From Gemmatimonadales bacterium (GTDB taxonomy: Bacteria; Gemmatimonadota; Gemmatimonadetes; Gemmatimonadales; GWC2-71-9), in the NCBI GenBank assembly GCA_041615815.1, contig JBFJCP010000008.1, positions 63,154 to 127,153 on the forward strand: a stretch of 64,000 nucleotides of DNA. Direction: 5' to 3'. The position numbers and the translations under genes are program-made. Under the pieces are notes generated by a model. The model ran no database searches, had not been told where the DNA came from, and worked only from the letters and a program-made list of their open reading frames with translations. Positions 39,008-47,012 of the stretch are shown piece after piece (position 1 is the stretch's first letter; every line of letters starts with the position of its first letter).

Positions 39008-39236
39008 CGGAGTGTGGAGAGGGTGTGGAGGGGTGTGAGCAGCGTGCGGGGAACACGTCGGCTCTACAGGTATTCCACGGGTTTCCCTAGGGAGTCCACA
39101 CGGCGAAAAGAGCGCAACGCCAAGGGTACCTGGAAGTTGGGCGGTTCTTCCAGATTTGCAGAGCCTCTACTAGCACTACTGTTAGTATAACTGTAAAGTA
39201 GAATTAGGTAGTTACATCCACACCATTGGGAAAACG
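39008..39236. other. oriC (dnaA-dnaN intergenic)
   Basis: Several degenerate DnaA boxes (TGTGGAGAG, TGTGGAGGG, TATTCCACG, GAGTCCACA, ACATCCACA), trio-like CTACTAGCACTACT at 39167-39180, AT-rich unwinding region. Confidence 0.8.
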
Positions 39237-40346
39237 ATGAAGTTTACGATAACACGGGAGCGACTCCACGAAGGGTTGTCGGCAGTCGCGGCAAGCGTAC
39301 CGAACAAGACTACGCTTCCCGTACTAGCCAACATCCTCGTCGAAGCCTCGGGCGATGAGATCCGGCTGGCCGGCACCGATCTGGACACCGCGGTCAGCAC
39401 AGGCGTGCCGGCTGAGGTCGATGACGATGGGGCTGTGACGTTACCGGCTCGCAAGCTTGTGGAGATCGTGCGCGAGCTTCCCAGCGCAGCGATTCGGGTC
39501 ACGAGTTCGGGTGAGCAGCGCGTAAACCTCGAGTGTGGCCGATCACGGTTCAAGCTTCTGGGAATTCCGAAAGATGAGTTCCCGAGCTTTCCCCCCGTGA
39601 ACTTCGACCGCAGCTGGACGGTCACGTCGAGCGACCTCCAGAAGCTGATTCACCACGTCTCGTTTGCTTCCTCTACCGAGGAGAGCCGGCCGATTCTGAA
39701 TGGTGTGCTGTGGGAGCAGCGTGGAGACCGTATGCGCATGGTTGCCACCAATGGGCATCGACTTGCCAAGATGGATGTCCCAGTTTCCGGCGGCGGGTCG
39801 GACGATGATTTCATCGTGCCTCCGAAAGCCCTCGACCAGGTTCGGCGGTTGTTTGGGCCGTCGGACGAGGTGGAAATCGCAAAGAGCGATAATCACCTGG
39901 GGTTTCGAACCGGCGGCACCCACGTCTTCACGAGACTGATTGAGGGACCGTATCCCAACTACGAGCAAGTCATTCCACGAGAGAACGATAAGGCGGCGAC
40001 GATCGATAAGGAGGCCCTCAGCTCGGCGTTGCGTCGGGTAGGGGTGGTTGCGAGCGATCAGACGCACCGCGTGCGGCTGGCGTTCAGTGGGGGCGTCCTG
40101 AAATTCAGCGTGAACACGCCCGATTTGGGAGAAGCCCAGGACGAGATCGCCATCACGTATGATGGCGACTCGCTCGAGATCGGTTTCAACGCGAACTATC
40201 TACTGGAAGTCCTGAAGTACATGCCCACTGACGAAGTGCGGTTCACCTTCAGCGCCGCCGAACGCGCGGCCACGGTGGAGCCGGTTGGGTGGGATGATTC
40301 GGCATCGTACTTGTGCCTGGTGATGCCGCTGCGGTTGGTGGATTGA
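39237..40346 (+). CDS. dnaN: DNA polymerase III beta sliding clamp
   Basis: MKFTI, TLPVLANI, ATNGHRL, RLIEGPYPNY, IGFNANYL, VMPLRL. Confidence 0.97.
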   Translation: MKFTITRERLHEGLSAVAASVPNKTTLPVLANILVEASGDEIRLAGTDLDTAVSTGVPAEVDDDGAVTLPARKLVEIVRELPSAAIRVTSSGEQRVNLECGRSRFKLLGIPKDEFPSFPPVNFDRSWTVTSSDLQKLIHHVSFASSTEESRPILNGVLWEQRGDRMRMVATNGHRLAKMDVPVSGGGSDDDFIVPPKALDQVRRLFGPSDEVEIAKSDNHLGFRTGGTHVFTRLIEGPYPNYEQVIPRENDKAATIDKEALSSALRRVGVVASDQTHRVRLAFSGGVLKFSVNTPDLGEAQDEIAITYDGDSLEIGFNANYLLEVLKYMPTDEVRFTFSAAERAATVEPVGWDDSASYLCLVMPLRLVD

Positions 40347-40359
40347 TTGCCGGGGCGCC

Positions 40360-41184
40360 CTAGCGACGCCGGCCCAGGTCCCGCACAGCCAGTCCGGTGA
40401 GACTCACGCGGTTGACGGCTGCGGAGCCGTCCCCTGAGGCGACGACCGCCCCCCGGTAGGGACCACCGAGCGACACTCCCAGGGCCCAGCGGTCCACGCT
40501 GAAATCACCGTCCACATCGAACGCGGCGAAGGCCCGGACCGGGAGACGGGTTCGGGCCGCGATCTGGGTGCCAAATCGGTAGACCACGTCCGTACCCGAT
40601 CTCCCTGCCCGCTCGGCAATCTGGACTTCTCCGGCGAACTGCAGGATGGGCGGGAGTGCCCACCACCCAGCACCGAGAATGCCGGTCACCGGGAGGCGTT
40701 CGCCGCGGACACCAGGGCGGCCCACGTGGCGAACCACGGCGGCGAGTCCGAGCGGCGGCGCCGGATGGTACCGAAACCCGAAATCCAACCCGCGTTGCGT
40801 GTTGTCACTGCGATAGAAGGTGACCGAGAGCCCCATCGAGCCACGCGGAAATGGAAAGCCGGTCGCGATCCGAAACGCGTCAGTGTCCGTCGTGTCCGGG
40901 AACCGGTCGCGCTGGTAGGCGAACGCCAGGCCGCGTGAGCTGAGGCCCGCACTCCATTGTCCCAGCCTGGCATCACCCGTCAGCTCGCTATCGATCACGA
41001 ATTCGGCCATCAGTGATGATGTTTGTGTGGACGCGAGGCCCGCTGGATTGAGCCAAATGGCTCGCACGTCCTCCGCAGTCGCGATGAACAGGTAATCGGC
41101 GGATCGGGCCGGGATCGCCTGACCAGCTGCTGGCACGCTCCACAGCGCTGTCAGCAGGGACAGTACCGCAAGCGGCCGGGACAC
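40360..41184 (-). CDS. putative outer-membrane beta-barrel protein
   Basis: Signal peptide, AIWLNPAGLA motif, beta-strand periodicity. Confidence 0.6.
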   Translation of the reverse strand: MSRPLAVLSLLTALWSVPAAGQAIPARSADYLFIATAEDVRAIWLNPAGLASTQTSSLMAEFVIDSELTGDARLGQWSAGLSSRGLAFAYQRDRFPDTTDTDAFRIATGFPFPRGSMGLSVTFYRSDNTQRGLDFGFRYHPAPPLGLAAVVRHVGRPGVRGERLPVTGILGAGWWALPPILQFAGEVQIAERAGRSGTDVVYRFGTQIAARTRLPVRAFAAFDVDGDFSVDRWALGVSLGGPYRGAVVASGDGSAAVNRVSLTGLAVRDLGRRR

Positions 41185-42020
41185 TACGGAAGGATCGTCA
41201 GCGTATCGTTGCTGGCTTGCGTGATGGGGATCGCTGTCCCCAACGCCGGAAGATGCGCGGTCGAGTGCAGTGTGTCTGCCGACACACGTCCCAGGAAACG
41301 CCCGTTGGGAGCCACATACTGGTGTGCGTGCGAGAGGCCGGTGCCTTCCAGCGTAAACTCCTGCCCAGAGTCGGACCCAGAGCCGCTAACCTGATATTGC
41401 GAGACGGTCGTGATGTGCAACGCCTGCTCGCCAGCCCACGTGCTCCAGCCGACTACTTCGTGCCGGTTGATGGATTGCACCAGCAGCGCGAGATCGCCCG
41501 AACCAGCGTTTGTCTCGACCGTATCGGTCCATGTGAAGCCGGGCTCCGACTCCTGAGGGGGCAGCAGCGGGAAGAACTCGCGAATTCGCTGAGCGATCTG
41601 TCGCACGAGATCGTTTCTGTCTCCAGCGTCTTGAAAATCTCGGACCTCACCCACCGGCGACAACACCGCCATGAATTGCGTACCGGCGAGCCCGGTGGGG
41701 TCGACGCCCGGAAGCCCGCGTAGGAGCGGTACGGAGTCGATCGTCAACGCTGCCACGAGACCGGAATCGCTCTCGCTGAGGTCCGCCTGCAGGTAGTATC
41801 GCATGGTGACCTGCGTGTGGGTGAGCTGGCCGTTGAACTCCTGCTCCACCGTCCGGTGGTTGTCCGATCGATATGACGCGGAGAAGGGTTGGTATGTAAG
41901 AACTCGGGGGACTGGTGGTGGGGCTGCAGGGAGCGCGGCTTCTGGGGCCGCCGCCCCCCCACACGCCACGCAAAACCAGGCCGTGGCGGCCACCAATCGG
42001 TGTACGCAGGAAGTAGTCAT
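41184..42020 (-). CDS. hypothetical lipoprotein
   Basis: CVAC lipobox, Pro linker, beta-rich domain. Confidence 0.65.
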   Translation of the reverse strand: MTTSCVHRLVAATAWFCVACGGAAAPEAALPAAPPPVPRVLTYQPFSASYRSDNHRTVEQEFNGQLTHTQVTMRYYLQADLSESDSGLVAALTIDSVPLLRGLPGVDPTGLAGTQFMAVLSPVGEVRDFQDAGDRNDLVRQIAQRIREFFPLLPPQESEPGFTWTDTVETNAGSGDLALLVQSINRHEVVGWSTWAGEQALHITTVSQYQVSGSGSDSGQEFTLEGTGLSHAHQYVAPNGRFLGRVSADTLHSTAHLPALGTAIPITQASNDTLTILP

Positions 42021-42253
42021 TCCGCTTCGCGCCGGGCCAACAACTCGGCCCGCGTGCGCCCAAACACGGCCACCATCTCACCGCCCTCCGCCGAGACCCG
42101 AAGAAGCTTCCAGCCCTTTCGCCGCATGTCACCTCGCCATCCGATGAGTTTTTGCCAACGCTCCTCGGTGGTGCGGAAGACGCGGAGCTCGGCTACGTCT
42201 TCCCAGTTGGATGGGTACGGATGCCGGTTCGACAAATGCGATTCGGATTGCAC
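42017..42253 (-). CDS. small hypothetical protein
   Basis: Stop overlaps the next start (ATGA). RRKGWKLLRV...VAVFGR. Confidence 0.6.
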   Translation of the reverse strand: MQSESHLSNRHPYPSNWEDVAELRVFRTTEERWQKLIGWRGDMRRKGWKLLRVSAEGGEMVAVFGRTRAELLARREAE

Positions 42254-42311
42254 GTGTTTAGTGGCTGATCGTAGGCAGGCGAATGATACGTGGGCAGGGG
42301 AATCGAGGCTA

Positions 42312-42678
42312 GGGGTGGTGGTGCCGTAAGCCGAGTTCTGTTCGTGCGCTATGCGCCCGGACGGTCATCTCTCTTGGATGGCGGTCGCCCGCCACCTCAT
42401 GCGGCCTACCCACGGCTCTGACGGTCCGGGCCGGACCTCGCCGCCTATTTGGCCTTGCTCCGACTGGGGGTTGCCGTGCCACGGACTGTTACCAGCCGCG
42501 CGGTGGGCTCTTACCCCACCGTTTCACCCTTACCCGCCTCGCGGCGGGCGGTCTGCTCTCTGTGGCCCTATCCGTCGCCTTTCGGCGCCCAGGCGTTACC
42601 TGGCAGTCTGCCCTGTGGAGCTCGGACTTTCCTCGATCCCCGTTCCCGGGGACCGCGACCGTCACGCGCCACCACCCC
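42312..42678 (-). ncRNA. rnpB: RNase P RNA (type A)
   Basis: Minus strand GAGGAAAGTCCGAGCTCCA, GGGTGAAACGGTGGGGTAAGAGCCCACCG, ACAGAACTCGGCTTAC. Termini pair to form P1. Confidence 0.96.
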
Positions 42679-42783
42679 GCCCAACGTTGAAGATAACGCT
42701 GCGCGACCGGCGTTTGAACCGTCGTCCGTTGATAGTCGGTTGACGTACCGCTCCTATCGTGCGGCCGTCCTGGGAGCGCACCA

Positions 42784-43746
42784 ATGCATCCGAAAGCCCA
42801 TCTCACCACCGTTGCGACCGTCATCGAGGCCCGTGATCGGCGAGCGCTCGATGCGGCGGCCGCGGGACGGTTTGCTGCGGTGCACGCCGACAGCGTGGGG
42901 GACGTGATCCGGGCCGTGCGGGAGCGTTCGGTCCATATGGTGCTGGTCTCACCGCGCTGCGTGCGGCGCGAGGAGCTACCGCGCCTCGCGCAGCTCGTGC
43001 AAGGCTTCCCCGGAGTGCCGACCGTGGCCGTGGTGTCCCACCACGACTCCGAATCCAGCGAACGACTCTTGGAGCTGGGCGCTCACGGTGTGCGGCGGCT
43101 ATGCGATCTCAGTCGACGAGATGGGTGGAATCGTCTGCGGGCTCTCGTCTCGTATCCACCATCGCCGCAGGCCGCCCGCATCCTGGACCGGCTCCTTCCC
43201 ACTCTGGCGGAAACCCCGCTGGATTGCCGACGATTTTTCGAGATACTAGTTCGCCTAGCGCCGGCCACGACGACGGTCTGCGCCCTCACCGCACGGCTCG
43301 GCGTGCGACCGAGCACGTTCATGTCGCGCTTCTTCCGCGCTCGCATGCCCTCGCCCAAACGGTACCTGGCAGCCGTGCGGCTCGTCTACGCCGCTGGGCT
43401 CCTGGAGTCCGTGGGCTTCTCGATTGCGGATGTGGCCTATCAACTGGACTTTTCGTCGCCTCAGAGCTTCGGACGGCATCTTCGAGCCGTGATGGGGCTC
43501 ACGGCAGGTGAGTTTCGACGACGGTTCCCGTTTGAGGACGCCCTCGATGACTTCGTTACTCGATTCATCCTCCCCTACCGGCGCGCCCTGCGGACGTTTC
43601 ATCCCCTGGGTACCGGAATGGAGCGGCCCGGACACCCCGAAGGGTTGCGCCGGTGGGGAGGCTCACTCGGGAGGCGTGCCGCCGTCCATGAACCTTCCCA
43701 ACGCCGCGTCCAAACGGTTCGCTGCGGCAGCGATCTCTGTCGATAG
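42784..43746 (+). CDS. AraC family transcriptional regulator
   Basis: C-terminal SIADVAYQLDFSSPQSFGRHLR..GLTAGEFR, with a receiver-like N-terminus. Confidence 0.82.
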   Translation: MHPKAHLTTVATVIEARDRRALDAAAAGRFAAVHADSVGDVIRAVRERSVHMVLVSPRCVRREELPRLAQLVQGFPGVPTVAVVSHHDSESSERLLELGAHGVRRLCDLSRRDGWNRLRALVSYPPSPQAARILDRLLPTLAETPLDCRRFFEILVRLAPATTTVCALTARLGVRPSTFMSRFFRARMPSPKRYLAAVRLVYAAGLLESVGFSIADVAYQLDFSSPQSFGRHLRAVMGLTAGEFRRRFPFEDALDDFVTRFILPYRRALRTFHPLGTGMERPGHPEGLRRWGGSLGRRAAVHEPSQRRVQTVRCGSDLCR

Positions 43747-45258
43747 CGCTTGGAGATGACGGACCTCGTCGAGCTGATGGGCGGCAGCGTCTGCGGCCCG
43801 TGCGGCCTCGCCGGTAACCCGATCACTCACGTCCCACACCTCGCCGAGTGCGCCGGTGAGGGCCTCCAGGTGGCGGACTTGATCCCTGGCCTGGGACTCG
43901 GCATTTGCCACTGTGCCAGCGGCTTCCGAGGCGTTCTGGTGCACGTCATCCAGCGAGCGACGCGCTTCTCCCGCCACGACGCCAACGTCCCGGACGCGTT
44001 CTTCGCCCCCCACCATCGCTACTTCCACCGTCGCAATGCCCTCGCGAACCTCGGTGACGAGTTCGGCTACGTCGCGGGCCGAGCGCGCGGCCTGGGTCGC
44101 GAGCGCGCGGACCTCCTCGGCGACGGACGCAAAACCCTCCCCGTGCTCCTCCGCCCGCGCGGCCTCGATGGCGGCGTTGAGCGCCAACAATCGTGTCTGT
44201 CGCGCGATCTTCCCAATTGCCTGCACCGACGCGCCGACTCGATCGGATAGGCGGCTCAACTCATGCACGCTAGCCGCGGTCGTTCGCACTTCCTCTCCAA
44301 CGGTCACGAGCGTCTCGCCCGCACGGCTGACGTGCCCGCGTCCCGAATCCGCCGTCGACAGCAGACGCTGGGTGTTTGCACGCAGGGTCTCGACACTACT
44401 CGTCAGTTTCGTGGCCATCTCCGCGGCCAAAACGCCCCCGGCGCGGCTGCGCTCCGCCAGGTGCTGTTGCTCGGCGAGATCGCGCGCCAGAGTGGCGGTA
44501 TGGTGAGCCGCTTGCTGGCCGGACGCGAGCGACCGCGCGGCGATGGCCACGCATTCACGCGCCAGCGCGATCAGCGCGTCGACATCGGCCCTCAGCTCTT
44601 GCGTCGTCCGCTCGAGTCTGGCGATCATCCGATCGGTGGCCGCTTCCACACGCCCCAGATCACCGGATCCGTAACCGTCGAGGCGAACCCCGAGGTCACC
44701 GGCCAACGCCCGCTCCATCGCATCTCGGACCCGCCGAGCGCGGGAATGCAGGCGGGCCGTCCCCGTGCCGAGGACTGCACCGAGCGCGGCGATCAGCATT
44801 CCCCCCAATGCAACATCCGCCAGCGCAACATTATCGGTGCTCGCATAGGCCCAGTGATGAACCAAGCCTGCGCCGACGAACGCGGCGCCGGCCACGGCGG
44901 CAAGCAGCAATGCGTTTGGGGCTTCGCCACGCACAGCGGGTGCCACGAGCACGAAGAAGAACAGCGGTGCGACGCCCCCAGGCCCGTGCAAGACGACGAC
45001 GGCTACCGCAATCGCCACCTCGACGCCTGCGAGCGCGTACGGGATCCACGGGCCCTCCCATCGCCTCAAGATCGTCGGAAGGATGACGAGTGCCGCCGCC
45101 ACCGCGCCGAGGGTGATCACGATTGCCGTAGGTGACGCGGGGACGTGTCCAAGGAATTGCCCGATCCCCAGGCCCACGGCGGCTGCCGCGAACAGGATCC
45201 AACGCCGCCGGCTCGCGGAAGGCGAGCCGGACGTGTGTTGTGGTTCAGAAACGCTCAT
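43663..45258 (-). CDS. methyl-accepting chemotaxis protein
   Basis: IARQTRLLALNAAIEAARAEEHGEGFASVAEEVRALA, HAMP region, multi-TM N-terminus. Confidence 0.9.
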   Translation of the reverse strand: MSVSEPQHTSGSPSASRRRWILFAAAAVGLGIGQFLGHVPASPTAIVITLGAVAAALVILPTILRRWEGPWIPYALAGVEVAIAVAVVVLHGPGGVAPLFFFVLVAPAVRGEAPNALLLAAVAGAAFVGAGLVHHWAYASTDNVALADVALGGMLIAALGAVLGTGTARLHSRARRVRDAMERALAGDLGVRLDGYGSGDLGRVEAATDRMIARLERTTQELRADVDALIALARECVAIAARSLASGQQAAHHTATLARDLAEQQHLAERSRAGGVLAAEMATKLTSSVETLRANTQRLLSTADSGRGHVSRAGETLVTVGEEVRTTAASVHELSRLSDRVGASVQAIGKIARQTRLLALNAAIEAARAEEHGEGFASVAEEVRALATQAARSARDVAELVTEVREGIATVEVAMVGGEERVRDVGVVAGEARRSLDDVHQNASEAAGTVANAESQARDQVRHLEALTGALGEVWDVSDRVTGEAARAADAAAHQLDEVRHLQALSTEIAAAANRLDAALGRFMDGGTPPE

Positions 45259-45267
45259 AATGGTGCC

Positions 45268-45849
45268 TCAGCCGTCTTGTCCGACGCCAAGATCTCGGAC
45301 CGTCACGAGGGAGCGGACGGGGTAGCCGGACTGTTCGATCGCCTGTCTCGCACCTTCTTCGCGATCCACCACCGCCAGGACGCCGAGGACGATTGCCGCC
45401 GCCTGTTCGAGCGCGCGCGCGGCCTCGAGCGCCGAGCCACCGGTGGTGAGCACGTCGTCGACGACGACGACTCGCGCGCCGGATCCAACGCACCCCTCGA
45501 CCCGCCGGCTGGTTCCGTGACGCTTGCCAGACTTTCGCACAGTGAACGCGTCGATAATCGGAGGGCTCTCGATGGAGGCAGTTGCGATGGCGTAAGCCAC
45601 GGGGTCGGCGCCGAGCGTAAGACCCCCGATAGCCTCGGGATCCCAGCCCGCTTCGCGGATGGTCGCAAGCCCGAGATGGCCGATGAGGTCTAACCCTTTG
45701 GCAGACATTGTTGTGCGTCTAGCATCGATGTAATACGACGAGCGCCGGCCGGAGGCGAGTTGGAACGTCCCGAACTCGAGGGAGCGATCTCTCAGGAGCT
45801 CGATGAGATCGGCACGCCGCTGGGCAGCTACCGAAGGGCTACGGGGCAT
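45268..45849 (-). CDS. pyrE: orotate phosphoribosyltransferase
   Basis: FQLASGRRSSYYIDAR, RKSGKRHG, VVVDDVLTTGGS. Confidence 0.94.
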   Translation of the reverse strand: MPRSPSVAAQRRADLIELLRDRSLEFGTFQLASGRRSSYYIDARRTTMSAKGLDLIGHLGLATIREAGWDPEAIGGLTLGADPVAYAIATASIESPPIIDAFTVRKSGKRHGTSRRVEGCVGSGARVVVVDDVLTTGGSALEAARALEQAAAIVLGVLAVVDREEGARQAIEQSGYPVRSLVTVRDLGVGQDG

Positions 45850-45892
45850 GTTAGTAGCGTAGCCATAGTAGTAGTAGGTACTACAACTATAC

Positions 45893-46807
45893 CTATCTAG
45901 CCTTGCGGTCCCACAAGGACTTGAGCGTACCCAGGACGCTCCGTTTCTCCCCATCCCCGTTTCCGCCCTCGACCGCCCTCTGCACGTCGTCGGCGAACGC
46001 CCGGACCGTGGGCTGACGGTCTTTCGGATCGCGCGACAGGCCTCGCATCACAGCCTCTTCGAGTCGCGGGGGTATCTTGACGCCCTTCATCGCTTGGCCC
46101 AATGGCGTGGGTGGTTCCGTGAGCAGCTGCTGGAAGAGCTCACGGGGCGAACGCCCTGAATGGGGGTGACAGCCGGCGAGGAGGTAATACGTGATCGTGG
46201 CCAAGCTGTAAATGTCGGCTGTCTCATCCACGAGCTCGCCGGACAGCGCCTCCGGCGGCACGTATTGGAGGGTCCCGACGAAGAATCCGGTACGCGTAAG
46301 CCGCTGGGACGGGTCAGCCTGGGCGTCACGCGCGATGCCGAAGTCCAGCAGTTTGACGGTCCCGGTTTCGGGATCGTAGGCTATGTTTTCCGGCTTGAGG
46401 TCTCGGTGGATGATCCCGACGGCATGGGCGGCCGTCAGCCCGCCCGCTAGCTGATCCACGATGCGAGCTACCAGTGGTGGGGCAAGTCGGCCAGACCGCT
46501 GGCAGAACTGCGCGAGTGATTCCCCGTCGGCCCACTCGAGCGCCAAATAGTAGAGGTTGTCCTGTTCACCGTAATCGTACGTGCTGACCACGGCTGGATG
46601 ATCCACGCGGGTACCGTATCCAGCCTCCCGGAGGAAGCGTTTCACGGCCGTCTCGTCATTGCGTAGGCGCTGGCGCAGGACCTTGACCGCGCACTTACCG
46701 TGATCGGGATGCTCGGCGCGGTAGACGGTAGCCGTTCCACCCTCACCGACTCGCTCGAGGAGCCGATAACCGGCGACGGTCCGACCCGCTAGGTTCTCTT
46801 GCGTCAT
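45893..46807 (-). CDS. Hanks-type Ser/Thr protein kinase (soluble)
   Basis: GEGGTATVY, AVK, HRDLKPEN, DFG, GTLQYVPPE, DIYSL. Confidence 0.93.
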   Translation of the reverse strand: MTQENLAGRTVAGYRLLERVGEGGTATVYRAEHPDHGKCAVKVLRQRLRNDETAVKRFLREAGYGTRVDHPAVVSTYDYGEQDNLYYLALEWADGESLAQFCQRSGRLAPPLVARIVDQLAGGLTAAHAVGIIHRDLKPENIAYDPETGTVKLLDFGIARDAQADPSQRLTRTGFFVGTLQYVPPEALSGELVDETADIYSLATITYYLLAGCHPHSGRSPRELFQQLLTEPPTPLGQAMKGVKIPPRLEEAVMRGLSRDPKDRQPTVRAFADDVQRAVEGGNGDGEKRSVLGTLKSLWDRKAR

Positions 46808-46916
46808 GAGTGCGCGAATGTAAATGCCAGGTTCGAGCGTGGGCAAGTTTCGACGCGGCACGCGGTCTGCAGCAGCCGGGGCTGAACGTCGTCGGCGACG
46901 CCGAGGAGTCCGGTAT

Positions 46917-46943
46917 GGAACTCTAGCCGCGTTCGGCGGTCTT
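46917..46943 (+). promoter_or_regulatory. ECF (sigmaE-like) promoter upstream of the lytic transglycosylase
   Basis: GGAACT-N16-GTCTT. Confidence 0.5.
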
Positions 46944-47012
46944 GAAGAGAGGGTGCTCGCCGCCGCCTCCCGGCGTATGCCGTTTTTAAACTACGACCAG
47001 TAGCGAGTTGCC

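Noticed and set aside
45850..45954. Tyr-rich leader (YYYYGY) in frame with pyrE as a tyrosine attenuator
   Set aside because: It arises from the TAC/TAG repeat, has no separate stop or terminator, and has no metabolic link to pyrE.
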